IMG/VR virus record: IMGVR_UViG_3300033076_000319
Location: 1-37,546 of that record
Direction: 5' to 3' (one strand)
DNA: 37,546 nucleotides
Source of the DNA: a virus
Taxonomy: Duplodnaviria; Caudoviricetes
The notes under the pieces were generated by a model that made no database searches, was not told the DNA's origin, and worked only from the letters and a program-made list of their open reading frames with translations. Both the position numbers and the translations under genes were made by a program. Shown one piece after another: positions 1 through 8,135 of the stretch; position 1 is the first letter of the stretch, and each line of letters opens with the position of its first letter.

Positions 1-78
1 GTTGTCTTTGATGGCTGGCGACCACAGCCGCGCCATGAGTTCTTGTTCGTCTTGCGCGGAATAGCGGGTAGTTTGCAT
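1..78 (-). CDS. terL: Terminase large subunit, N-terminal 26 codons (continues across the window junction into 37546)
   Basis: ATG at 78 overlaps the terS stop (TAATG). Reads MQTTRYSAQDEQELMARLWSPAIKDN, then joins in frame to PLAFVMFAFPWG... at 37546. Confidence 0.9.
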   Translation of the reverse strand, partial: MQTTRYSAQDEQELMARLWSPAIKDN

Positions 79-530
79 TAGGCTGCTTTTTGTTCCTGTT
101 TAGCTACTTCAGTGTAGGTCACGCTCTGAGGTTGATTGTCGACTGTGAGAGCGTCGATGACTCGGGCTTGCGCTTGCTCGAGAGCAGCGGTGATTGAGAT
201 GCGTTGCTCGACGTCGACATTGATCTGTTGTTTGGCCACCCATCCGTGGACGTGTTGCAAGATGGCAAGGGCGGCTTTGGCATCACCTTCCTTTGCAGCA
301 GTATGCAAGACTTCAGACATTTCAAGTTCTCCATCGGCTCTGCCTTTCATTTCTGCAAATTCAGCAATCGGATCAAATAAGCACAACTGTCTGTATTCGG
401 TAGGCGTCATACCTGCGGCGATTGCCAATGCGTCGCCCTTCAAGCCGCGCTTGGCAGCTTTCATTATCGCTTCAAGCCGTGCTTCTGTAGCTTGCAGCTT
501 GCGAGGTTCGTAAGGAAAGCTAGTGAACAT
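78..530 (-). CDS. terS: Putative terminase small subunit
   Basis: 150 aa, helical, HTH-like N-terminus (GDALAIAAGMTPTEY); directly upstream of and translationally coupled to terL. Confidence 0.75.
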   Translation of the reverse strand: MFTSFPYEPRKLQATEARLEAIMKAAKRGLKGDALAIAAGMTPTEYRQLCLFDPIAEFAEMKGRADGELEMSEVLHTAAKEGDAKAALAILQHVHGWVAKQQINVDVEQRISITAALEQAQARVIDALTVDNQPQSVTYTEVAKQEQKAA

Positions 531-546
531 ACGCGTGAGTGTAACA
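531..546 (-). promoter_or_regulatory. Extended -10 promoter for terS / late operon, probably giving a leaderless mRNA
   Basis: Minus strand TG-T-TACACT, then 7 nt (CACGCGT), then ATG; no Shine-Dalgarno; A/T tracts upstream. Confidence 0.5.
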
Positions 547-722
547 AAAATTTTGAAAAATAAAAATTAAAAAATAATGAGTTGGGGCGCGATGGCTATA
601 AAAATAAAAATTGTTTTCAAGACCTCCTTGCCACAACCCACCAGTCGCTCGGCCCTACCCGGGGGCCTCAAGCTGGAAGGTGAAATTTGAAAGGTTAGTG
701 CTTACTAACATTAAGCTGGGGC

Positions 723-1131
723 ACGTGGGTCATGTGGATTTGTCCACGCTAAGAGCTAGCACCCTTTAGGTGTTTTCTTTTTTGCTGGCGGGCGCGTAGC
801 TTGTGGACAATGTGGGCTAATGGTTTTTAACTTGTCCACAATATCCACAAATACAAAGGGGAATTTTTTGGGAAAAGGAAAAGGCAGGGGCGAAAAGCAG
901 GCTAAACGTGGGTCATTTAGAAATGTCCACAACAAGTCCCCAATTGTATAAGCGTATTTCTACGCTACGTATTTATACGGTTTTTACATATCTTAGCTAT
1001 ATATCTATAAAACATTGTCCACAATATCCACAAATAGCTTAAAGCCTTATTCTATCGGGGTTTGTATTCGCCAATTGTGGACAATTCGCCGCGTTTTACC
1101 TCGTCCACATTATCGTCCACACGAACCCACA
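723..1131. repeat. Cluster of DnaA-box/iteron-like 9-mers; putative replication origin
   Basis: TTGTCCACA at 832 and 1015 (+) and at 802 and 1076 (-); ATATCCACA at 841 and 1024; ATGTCCACA at 923; TCGTCCACA at 1101 and 1113; TTGTCCACG at 740. Exact 22-bp direct repeat at 832-853 and 1015-1036 flanks an AT-rich block. Confidence 0.65.
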
Positions 1132-1151
1132 AAACTATTGTTTTTACTCTC

Positions 1152-1180
1152 TTGTGTATTTCTACTATCTTGTGTATTAT
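1152..1180 (+). promoter_or_regulatory. Putative sigma70 promoter
   Basis: TTGTGT-17bp-TATTAT upstream of the ORF at 1208; overlaps the direct repeat TCTTGTGTATT (1150, 1168). Confidence 0.4.
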
Positions 1181-1207
1181 TAGGTTTTTAACCAATTGGA
1201 GCAAACC

Positions 1208-1471
1208 ATGCCAGCGAAACAAATCCTATCCCCCGCCACAAAATGCGACGCAAATATCCTAGAAAGTTTGCTAGCGGTTCTCGCCATGCGCGGCTTTTTA
1301 TCTCGCAACCAAGTGAAAACAATCGCGACCGCTTGCGCGCATTATTTGCCTTGTGATGTTGAGATTTCGCAACGTATGCCAAAAGGCACAACCTATATAT
1401 CTATCAATGCCTCGCCCATGTATGAGATCAACAACCGCGCAAAAATCACTTTTGTAGGGGAAAATACCTAG
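1208..1471 (+). CDS. Hypothetical early protein (87 aa)
   Basis: GGAG RBS before ATG 1208; ORF track 1196..1471. Confidence 0.65.
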   Translation: MPAKQILSPATKCDANILESLLAVLAMRGFLSRNQVKTIATACAHYLPCDVEISQRMPKGTTYISINASPMYEINNRAKITFVGENT

Positions 1472-1501
1472 TAAATATTTTACATTTTTGTGTAAAAAGC
1501 C

Positions 1502-1530
1502 TTGACAAGTGCAAAGGAATCTTTTACAGT
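1502..1530 (+). promoter_or_regulatory. Strong sigma70-type early promoter
   Basis: TTGACA (1502-1507), 17 bp, TACAGT (1525-1530); AT-rich upstream element. Confidence 0.75.
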
Positions 1531-1585
1531 CTTAATTATGGGTTCGCCCATTTAGTCAAATTCAATAAAGTAAAGGGAATACAAA

Positions 1586-1783
1586 ATGACCGAAATTTTA
1601 ATCTACGGCTTAGCTGCTAATGATTCAGAAAGCTACAAAGAGCAGCTTTTATCTACTCAATGCAAAACCCGCGCCGATATCAACGCAATCATTAACAAAG
1701 CGACGCAAGCGGGTTTTCATTCTTTCCGTATTGCAAACTTTAATTGGGAAAAGCCCAATTTTGTAAAGTCTATTCAAATCTAA
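1586..1783 (+). CDS. Hypothetical early protein (65 aa)
   Basis: AAAGGG RBS; first ORF after the TTGACA promoter. Confidence 0.75.
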   Translation: MTEILIYGLAANDSESYKEQLLSTQCKTRADINAIINKATQAGFHSFRIANFNWEKPNFVKSIQI

Positions 1784-1800
1784 ATTAAAGGAATAAAACC

Positions 1801-2121
1801 ATGCAACGAATCACTGACAAACAACTAGATCAATTAGCTACATACTTAAACGAACTGACCGGCAGCCCTTTGGAATACGCAACGCGCACGCCGCAGCCGG
1901 ACGGCTCTGTTAAGTTTACCGCCAATAAAGGGCACTACCATATTAGCCACGCCTATGGCGGCGTATGCCTGCACCGCGTATGCAACGAGGGCGGCGGCAT
2001 TTCTACACCACTAATTCACGGGCACGTGCCTAAGCGCGAACTGTATAACGCTATGCAGGCGTTTATTAAAGGGTTAGACGCGGTTAGATATAACGACATC
2101 GAACTCAAGAAAGTGGCATAA
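1801..2121 (+). CDS. Hypothetical early protein (106 aa)
   Basis: AAGGA RBS; HISHAYGGVCLHRVCNEGGG motif; tight operon. Confidence 0.8.
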   Translation: MQRITDKQLDQLATYLNELTGSPLEYATRTPQPDGSVKFTANKGHYHISHAYGGVCLHRVCNEGGGISTPLIHGHVPKRELYNAMQAFIKGLDAVRYNDIELKKVA

Positions 2122-2124
2122 ATC

Positions 2125-2226
2125 ATGCAAAAACAACCTACAAAACTGGATTATTTAGGCGCGGCTATTATGGGCGCGATTCTCGGGGCTATGTTTGCTT
2201 ATGGCTTACTTGGAGGGCTTTTCTAA
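2125..2226 (+). CDS. Small single-TM peptide (33 aa), not in the ORF track
   Basis: MQKQPTKLDYLGAAIMGAILGAMFAYGLLGGLF; stop overlaps the next ATG (TAATG). Confidence 0.6.
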   Translation: MQKQPTKLDYLGAAIMGAILGAMFAYGLLGGLF

Positions 2227-2369
2227 TGCAAAAACTAACGTTTAACCGCGCCGGCTGGATAGTTTGTTGTATTGAGCAAAATAACTGGTTTAACTATACC
2301 CGCTTTGATACTGTCAAAGCCGCCCGCGCATATTTGAAGGCAAACCCTGAAGCATGGTTTTGCGGTTAA
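2226..2369 (+). CDS. Hypothetical protein (47 aa), not in the ORF track
   Basis: GGAGG RBS; MQKLTFNRAGWIVCCIEQNNWFNYTRFDTVKAARAYLKANPEAWFCG. Confidence 0.6.
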   Translation: MQKLTFNRAGWIVCCIEQNNWFNYTRFDTVKAARAYLKANPEAWFCG

Positions 2370-2393
2370 TTAACTCATAAGGAATAAAACAAA

Positions 2394-2639
2394 ATGGCAC
2401 AATTTAGAGTCTATACGGACGAAAAAATAACCCTATGGCAGCGCGTGGGGCTTGTAATTGAAGCGGATAGCGAGGAGCAAGCCCGCGAGATATTAAACGA
2501 TCCAGCCCGCTTTAATGCGTTGATGTACGACGGCGGGGGCGAATATAACGGCGAGGTAGATCCCTATTGGGAAACAGAGGAGCATAGCGAATGGGATAAC
2601 GCCGCGCCCACGATCACCAAAATAGGGGGCGACGAATGA
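2394..2639 (+). CDS. Acidic hypothetical early protein (81 aa)
   Basis: AAGGA RBS; VIEADSEEQARE motif typical of small phage early proteins. Confidence 0.75.
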   Translation: MAQFRVYTDEKITLWQRVGLVIEADSEEQAREILNDPARFNALMYDGGGEYNGEVDPYWETEEHSEWDNAAPTITKIGGDE

Positions 2640-2785
2640 ATAAATTAACCCCTAATCAACTGGCGCTATTGTCCGAAATTCTGACGCAATATTGCGAAGA
2701 TTGCGACAGCAGCGCAACTACCGCCCATTTAGTAGATCAAATATGGGAAAAGATATACAACCAAAACAGAGAGGCGACAAAATGA
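2636..2785 (+). CDS. Hypothetical protein (49 aa), not in the ORF track
   Basis: ATGA overlaps at both ends; MNKLTPNQLALLSEILTQYCEDCDSS... Confidence 0.6.
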   Translation: MNKLTPNQLALLSEILTQYCEDCDSSATTAHLVDQIWEKIYNQNREATK

Positions 2786-3147
2786 ACACTTACCAAGTTT
2801 TTAGCGCGAATAATACCCTTATCAGCGCGCACGACAACGCAGCCGCCGCCCTTAAGCACGCGTTGATATACCAGCACGCCACAGGGCAGCCCGCCTACGT
2901 TGAGCAAACACCGGCGCAGCCCATCGGGGCATGGTGCGATATTGAATGGCTTGACGATGGCGCGATTGGCTTTAAATACGCCAGTTTTGGGGAATACGAC
3001 GAAGAAAACGACACCGACACCCACGGCATAAGCGATGAAGCCATTTTCTATTATTGTGATGGCGAGGACGATATTAAGCGGCTTATGGGCGACACCGGCA
3101 ACCGCGAATTTCGCGTTTTATCTTATGATCTCGAATATAAGGATTGA
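2782..3147 (+). CDS. Acidic hypothetical early protein (121 aa; start revised to 2782)
   Basis: GAGG RBS before ATG 2782 (MNTYQVF...); strongly acidic C-terminal half. Confidence 0.7.
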   Translation: MNTYQVFSANNTLISAHDNAAAALKHALIYQHATGQPAYVEQTPAQPIGAWCDIEWLDDGAIGFKYASFGEYDEENDTDTHGISDEAIFYYCDGEDDIKRLMGDTGNREFRVLSYDLEYKD

Positions 3148-3149
3148 TT

Positions 3150-3212
3150 ATGATAGTAGCAATAGGCGCAGCCCTTTTAGTGGGCCTTATGGTTTTATTG
3201 TTTGACCTTTAA
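3150..3212 (+). CDS. Possible 20-aa hydrophobic peptide
   Basis: MIVAIGAALLVGLMVLLFDL; AAGGA RBS; fills the gap before the terminator. Confidence 0.4.
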   Translation: MIVAIGAALLVGLMVLLFDL

Positions 3213-3225
3213 ACCATCAGCAGCA

Positions 3226-3259
3226 AAGAAAAAGCCGGCTATATGCCGGCTCTTTTATT
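3226..3259. terminator. Bidirectional intrinsic terminator between convergent operons
   Basis: AGCCGGC-TATAT-GCCGGCT stem with an A-tract before and a T-tract after. Confidence 0.8.
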
Positions 3260-5558
3260 ACTTAACTAGCACCATCTTAGGCGGCGGGTTTTCCTCTACT
3301 AACCGGCGCAACTCAGACTTAGCAAGATCGGACAACTCAGGGGCGCAAAAAATATGCTTCTTAGTGTCAAAATCCCGCGATTTAAGCCGTCCTTTATCCA
3401 CCCAACCTGCTTCCTTAAGCGCGTGCAACAGGGCGGCTTGTGGCACTTTCACGCCCGACGGCGCAGCACCAGCAAGGCGATCGCATAGAGAATGGAAAGG
3501 CGAACCGATAACGCCACGCGAGAACTCGCCCGTCCTATTGCGTAGCATTTCCACTAGATAACTCTCAGCCATGCTCATGCCATGCTCTATTAGGTTAGCC
3601 TTGAACTCGGTCATCATCGGCGGCGCAGACGGATTGAACTGGCTCACATCCCTATTTCTGAGCCACAGGGCGATCGACTCGAATCCGGCTGACCGATACC
3701 ATTCCCACATCTTTTTGGCTTTGCTAGAGTCCATGCGAGGGGCGGTAGACCATACGCAGAACCATCTTCTGTCTTGGGAAGCAAGACTAATCGGCACAGG
3801 GTCGTTAGAGAAGGCTAGGACGAACAGGCGGTTTGCCATTTGATAGGGGTGCAAACCCTTGCGGTTGATAGGCAACATCTCAGGCGGTGCAGCGATGATT
3901 GGCTTTAATTGGTTCGCTAGCTGGCGACGCGTTGCGGCGTCCGGCTCTTTTAGCTCATTGATAATCAAAATCTCTGATTCAAGCTGATAGCCCCATTGAC
4001 TATTGACAGAGTTGTTGTCCATGATTCCACGATTTTTAAGGTGGTCGCCACAGACCGCCCAAATGAATGGCGCCCAGAACGTGTCCTTGCCGGAACCCTC
4101 ATCGCCTGCGTGCAGGATAGCGTGGTTCACCTTGATCTCAGGGTGTTGCACTTTAAACGCCATCACATCAAAAATATGGTTCAGTTCGTCTGGCTCAGGC
4201 ACGAGTTCACGGCAGTGATTAAGCCACGGGGTGATGTCGCTAGAACAGGACGATGAAATGACAGGGCGGGCATCACGCCAACGATTGCCATATAAGTCGC
4301 CATCACGAGAAACAATGACATCTTCACCAGCAGCATAGGTAACCCCAACAAGGGCTTTCGCGCCCATCGCTTGCCGGTTCTCATCAAAACAGATCGACGC
4401 TTCCACTTTGCGCCCAGTATGAATGGATTTGCAAGGCACGTGGCGAAACAGAGCGTTAAACGTCTGGCGACTGATCTCACGTCTGTCTTGCATATCAAAG
4501 TAGGACTCGTCATCTTGGATATAAGCAAAACGCTCATACCAGTTCGCTTTCTCGATTCGTCCTAATTCTTTGCGCTCGACTTCAGCAATGAGTTCGGCTG
4601 CGGTATCACGATAGACTTCGTTGGGGGTCAGTTTGGACAGAGCCATGCTCATCTTTTCTGCTAGTAGCTCATCACGCAAGCCATGATCGACAGTCGGGCC
4701 ACCATTATCCGCTACCCAATCTAAAAACATCTGCGAACTAAAGTCCACGCAATGACCATGCAGACAACAGAATGAACGATCAAGGGGTTTGTAGCGCCCT
4801 TCAATGTTGCCATCGGTATGCTCGGCATTGTTAGGACAGACGATCCCCATCCAACCCTCGCCATTGGCAGGCGACAGGATCATGCCCTGCTCGTTCAACC
4901 ATGTCACGACTGAATCCTTGCCGGTGTCAGCAAGGCGAATGGCTACGTTAGTAGCAGTATCAGCAGGGTCAGGCACCACATCAAGGGCGGTGCAAATATC
5001 TTCAAGGTTGTATTCACGCTCAGGGTGGAACTCTACAAGGCGTGATGCAAAGTTATTCTTGCCTGGCTTGAGGTTAATTGATCCTGGCAAGCGGAAGTTA
5101 CGCACAGCATTAGTTGCGCCTGGGTCGGTGTAGCCTGCCTTGGCAATCGCTTTGATGGCGGCGGTGAAATCGCCTTTGGTTGGTTGCTCTTTAAATGCGT
5201 AGCCCCATTGGAATGATCCTTCGGACGTTTCCATGATCCATGTAGGCGCAAGTGGTGGCTCTTTAGACTTAGTGCCGATGTCATCTAACATCATCACAAG
5301 GACGTATTCGCAGTTGGCAGCAGACGCAGACACCTTGCCATCGGCAAAGCGATCAAGGATAAACGAGCCTGTATTGCCGTAGATCGCCCAATCTTTCTTA
5401 ACCTTGGCAGTTGGCAGGAACGCAGGCCAAGTGCATTTGATCGTGCCATCAGCATGGGTTTGCAGTTGCCCGTTGCCATCGAGTTGTGGTTTTTGGCGTA
5501 CAACAAGGGCAGTTTCGCCCTCTGGTGCTAAGTTCGTGATATATTCTAAAAAGTTCAT
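3258..5558 (-). CDS. Primase-helicase fusion (RepB/AEP-type primase, Zn-binding region, SF3/DUF5906-type helicase)
   Basis: LDDIG, METSEGSFQWGY and FRLPGSIN primase motifs; CPNNAEH...CCLHGHC; Walker A GDEGSGKDT; Walker B-like IIINE. Confidence 0.85.
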   Translation of the reverse strand: MNFLEYITNLAPEGETALVVRQKPQLDGNGQLQTHADGTIKCTWPAFLPTAKVKKDWAIYGNTGSFILDRFADGKVSASAANCEYVLVMMLDDIGTKSKEPPLAPTWIMETSEGSFQWGYAFKEQPTKGDFTAAIKAIAKAGYTDPGATNAVRNFRLPGSINLKPGKNNFASRLVEFHPEREYNLEDICTALDVVPDPADTATNVAIRLADTGKDSVVTWLNEQGMILSPANGEGWMGIVCPNNAEHTDGNIEGRYKPLDRSFCCLHGHCVDFSSQMFLDWVADNGGPTVDHGLRDELLAEKMSMALSKLTPNEVYRDTAAELIAEVERKELGRIEKANWYERFAYIQDDESYFDMQDRREISRQTFNALFRHVPCKSIHTGRKVEASICFDENRQAMGAKALVGVTYAAGEDVIVSRDGDLYGNRWRDARPVISSSCSSDITPWLNHCRELVPEPDELNHIFDVMAFKVQHPEIKVNHAILHAGDEGSGKDTFWAPFIWAVCGDHLKNRGIMDNNSVNSQWGYQLESEILIINELKEPDAATRRQLANQLKPIIAAPPEMLPINRKGLHPYQMANRLFVLAFSNDPVPISLASQDRRWFCVWSTAPRMDSSKAKKMWEWYRSAGFESIALWLRNRDVSQFNPSAPPMMTEFKANLIEHGMSMAESYLVEMLRNRTGEFSRGVIGSPFHSLCDRLAGAAPSGVKVPQAALLHALKEAGWVDKGRLKSRDFDTKKHIFCAPELSDLAKSELRRLVEENPPPKMVLVK

Positions 5559-5581
5559 CTGGACTACCTTTCGTGAGGTTT

Positions 5582-5611
5582 GCCCCCTAGCTCATCACTA
5601 GGGGGCTTTTT
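5582..5611 (+). terminator. GC-rich hairpin with U-tract on the plus (antisense) strand
   Basis: GCCCCCTAG-CTCATCA-CTAGGGGGC-TTTTT, between polA and the primase gene. Confidence 0.55.
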
Positions 5612-5613
5612 AT

Positions 5614-7590
5614 TTATTTACCGTATCTTTGCATTGCGTGAATTTCTACACCAAGGGGGATTCCCTTAGCCCAATCAGGCGGTGTACACATCACGTCTTG
5701 CATCTCTTTTATTACTTCATCTACTTCTTCGGTTTTGCACTCGACCACAATTTCATCATGGACGTGAAGAATAACATCATCCAATTGACGTAAAGAATGT
5801 CTAAGTAAATCATTGGCGACCGCTTGGGTGATGTTTTCACAGGCTAAACCTTTCCATAATCTTGCTCTAGGCCATTCTTTTGCATCGGCTGCGGGTTTCC
5901 ATGCTGCTTTAGCGTAGGTAACACCATCAGCTTCTAATTTAGCGTATGGATAGCAAAGAACGCGCCCAGAAGGTAAAGCATACCAAAGATGTTGCCCATC
6001 GTACATATAAGTTACCCTACCTGCGCTAAACTCATGCCCTTTGTTACGCATCGCCCTTGTATACGCTTCTTCTAGGTCTTGCCAATAAGGAACCGCCCAA
6101 GGGTTTGCCATGCGCCAACCTGCAACCATGCGTTTGACTTGTGGTTCAGGTAACAAGATACCGTATGCCCTACCCATCGCCGCAAACGCGCCCACACCCC
6201 CTGCAAAGCCACAAGCTAGCTCTTGGACTTTACCAATTTGCCTTTGATCTGAGCTAACCTCGGCAACGGGGACGTGGAAAGTCGCGGACGCGTTAACTTT
6301 ATAGACGTCCTCGCCTCGTGCAAAGAGAAATAGCTTTTCCATTCCCGATTCACAATTTGATAACCAAGGATTGACTCGCGCTTCAATGCCCGACCAGTCA
6401 GCGACAACAAGTGATTTATTTGCGCTTGGGATAAGGGCGGGGCGTAACATTCCCTTGAGTACGTCGGTGACCCGCTTTCCAAAGGTAGGGACAATTGCGT
6501 GGCCTCTAACCATAGCTTGTCTAACGGCATCAGGATCCTTAGCGCACTTTCGGGTGAAGTTGTGGACTTGGGCGCCATAGCTACTTGCCCGACCTGTGGC
6601 TGACCCACCAGCGAACACAAACGCCCCACGAACTCGGTGATCTTCTTCATCTGCTAAATCCTTTAATCGGTTGAACTTCGCAACACTAGACGCCCATAGG
6701 TCGTCCGCACATTGGATAACATCTGCAACTTCCGGCGGTATTTGGTCGGGGTTTTCTTCAGCAAAAATAAGTAAGTTAGCTCGAACTGACTTGTCGATCG
6801 AATATTTCTTGTCGCCATCTTTATACACTTCCATTAGTTTTTTAGCTTCATCGCCCACTCGCGCTAAGACCCACTCACGCATCTTAGGGCTGCGAACAGA
6901 AGTGATCTCACCCTCGGTCACTTCGGCAACGATTTGCTCAATCTCTTGCGCTTCATCGCTAGCATAGCGCACTGCGGCTTCGCACAAGGGCTTATCTAGT
7001 AACACGCCACGATCATTAATGCGCTCATTGACATGGTAATCCAATAATTCGTCAGGGGACAGTTGGCGCAAGGCTTGTGAGATGGCTCGCATGGTTCGCA
7101 CGTCTTGCAAGGCGTAATTACCCATTTCTGCCAACAAGGTGGGGTCTGTATTGAATGTACCATCAGCTTTGGGGATACACAACAAACGGATCAATTGATT
7201 GCCTCGGTGATCCTTACGCATTGAGGTGCTAGCAAAGCGACCAACATCCTCGAGTGAGCCTGGAGCGCAGTTAGCCCGTGCTTGCGCTGCGGTGCAATAC
7301 CACTGCGTCAATACAGGCGTCGGTACTTTGTAATCTTGGCACAAGACATACTCAGTAATGAGGCGGTCAAAGCCTGCGTTATGCGCCCTGATCTGACCAT
7401 CGTTAAAGAAGTGTTGCCCTATGCGCTTGGGAAAGGGTAGGTCAGGCGTCCATAGTTGTACGTCCTCATCATCAAAGGCATACGCCATACAAATGACTTG
7501 GGTGCTTGGATCCCGAGCGTAGTTGTAAGAGCCACGACTGCGTAGATCGCACCGTGAGCGTGTTTCGTAGTCAAGCCAAAGGATACTCAT
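5614..7590 (-). CDS. polA: Family A DNA polymerase with 3'-5' exonuclease domain
   Basis: ExoI DYETRS, ExoII AHNAGFD, ExoIII YALQDV; motif A DWSGIEAR, motif B RQIGKVQELACGF, motif C HVHDEIV. Confidence 0.95.
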   Translation of the reverse strand: MSILWLDYETRSRCDLRSRGSYNYARDPSTQVICMAYAFDDEDVQLWTPDLPFPKRIGQHFFNDGQIRAHNAGFDRLITEYVLCQDYKVPTPVLTQWYCTAAQARANCAPGSLEDVGRFASTSMRKDHRGNQLIRLLCIPKADGTFNTDPTLLAEMGNYALQDVRTMRAISQALRQLSPDELLDYHVNERINDRGVLLDKPLCEAAVRYASDEAQEIEQIVAEVTEGEITSVRSPKMREWVLARVGDEAKKLMEVYKDGDKKYSIDKSVRANLLIFAEENPDQIPPEVADVIQCADDLWASSVAKFNRLKDLADEEDHRVRGAFVFAGGSATGRASSYGAQVHNFTRKCAKDPDAVRQAMVRGHAIVPTFGKRVTDVLKGMLRPALIPSANKSLVVADWSGIEARVNPWLSNCESGMEKLFLFARGEDVYKVNASATFHVPVAEVSSDQRQIGKVQELACGFAGGVGAFAAMGRAYGILLPEPQVKRMVAGWRMANPWAVPYWQDLEEAYTRAMRNKGHEFSAGRVTYMYDGQHLWYALPSGRVLCYPYAKLEADGVTYAKAAWKPAADAKEWPRARLWKGLACENITQAVANDLLRHSLRQLDDVILHVHDEIVVECKTEEVDEVIKEMQDVMCTPPDWAKGIPLGVEIHAMQRYGK

Positions 7591-8105
7591 TTGATTACTT
7601 CTCTAAAAACAATTTGCTGAGGTAACATTTTGCTAGTTAAATAAACGCTTGAAAAAGGCGGGTTTAAGCTAGGTTTTTGGTCGTTGTAATCTTTAAAATA
7701 TGAAATTCGTTTATTCATGTAAAGAATTTCAAAATCATTATTTTTAAATAAATTGAACCGCTTTTGGCTTTCAAATAAACCTACTACCCCTACAAGCATA
7801 GCAAATGGCTTACCAATCTCAAACAATCTAGCAAACACTTCATATTTTAATGAATATGGTGGGTTAGATATTATGTAATCACACTCTATAGGCTCAACTT
7901 CAAAGAAGTTATGACCTGTTTCCAAATGAGTGTTAATTACCCTATGGCCTTGGCTAAATAGCAACTTAACAAACAAGCTATTGTTTGTATCAAAAGGACA
8001 CCAAATAGTGCTATTAGGCTTTATAAACTCATACAAAGGTTCTACTGCGTAGCTTGGGGTGTAAAACTCATCATTTTGACTTCCAGCAACTATATCCATT
8101 TTCAT
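7587..8105 (-). CDS. Putative N6-adenine methyltransferase
   Basis: NDEFYTP, IWCPFD and catalytic NPPY motifs; visibly more AT-rich than its neighbours. Confidence 0.75.
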   Translation of the reverse strand: MKMDIVAGSQNDEFYTPSYAVEPLYEFIKPNSTIWCPFDTNNSLFVKLLFSQGHRVINTHLETGHNFFEVEPIECDYIISNPPYSLKYEVFARLFEIGKPFAMLVGVVGLFESQKRFNLFKNNDFEILYMNKRISYFKDYNDQKPSLNPPFSSVYLTSKMLPQQIVFREVIK

Positions 8106-8135
8106 TCTTATTGTCCTTTACTGTACTTTATGGGT

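Noticed and set aside
723-1131. CRISPR array
   Set aside because: Repeats are 9-22 bp, irregularly spaced and in both orientations; there are no uniform spacers.
1062-1262. 66-aa plus-strand ORF
   Set aside because: TTG start with no RBS; runs through the repeat array and promoter.
2692-2781. N-terminal extension of the 151-aa ORF
   Set aside because: Overlaps a better-coupled 49-aa ORF; the RBS supports a start at 2782.
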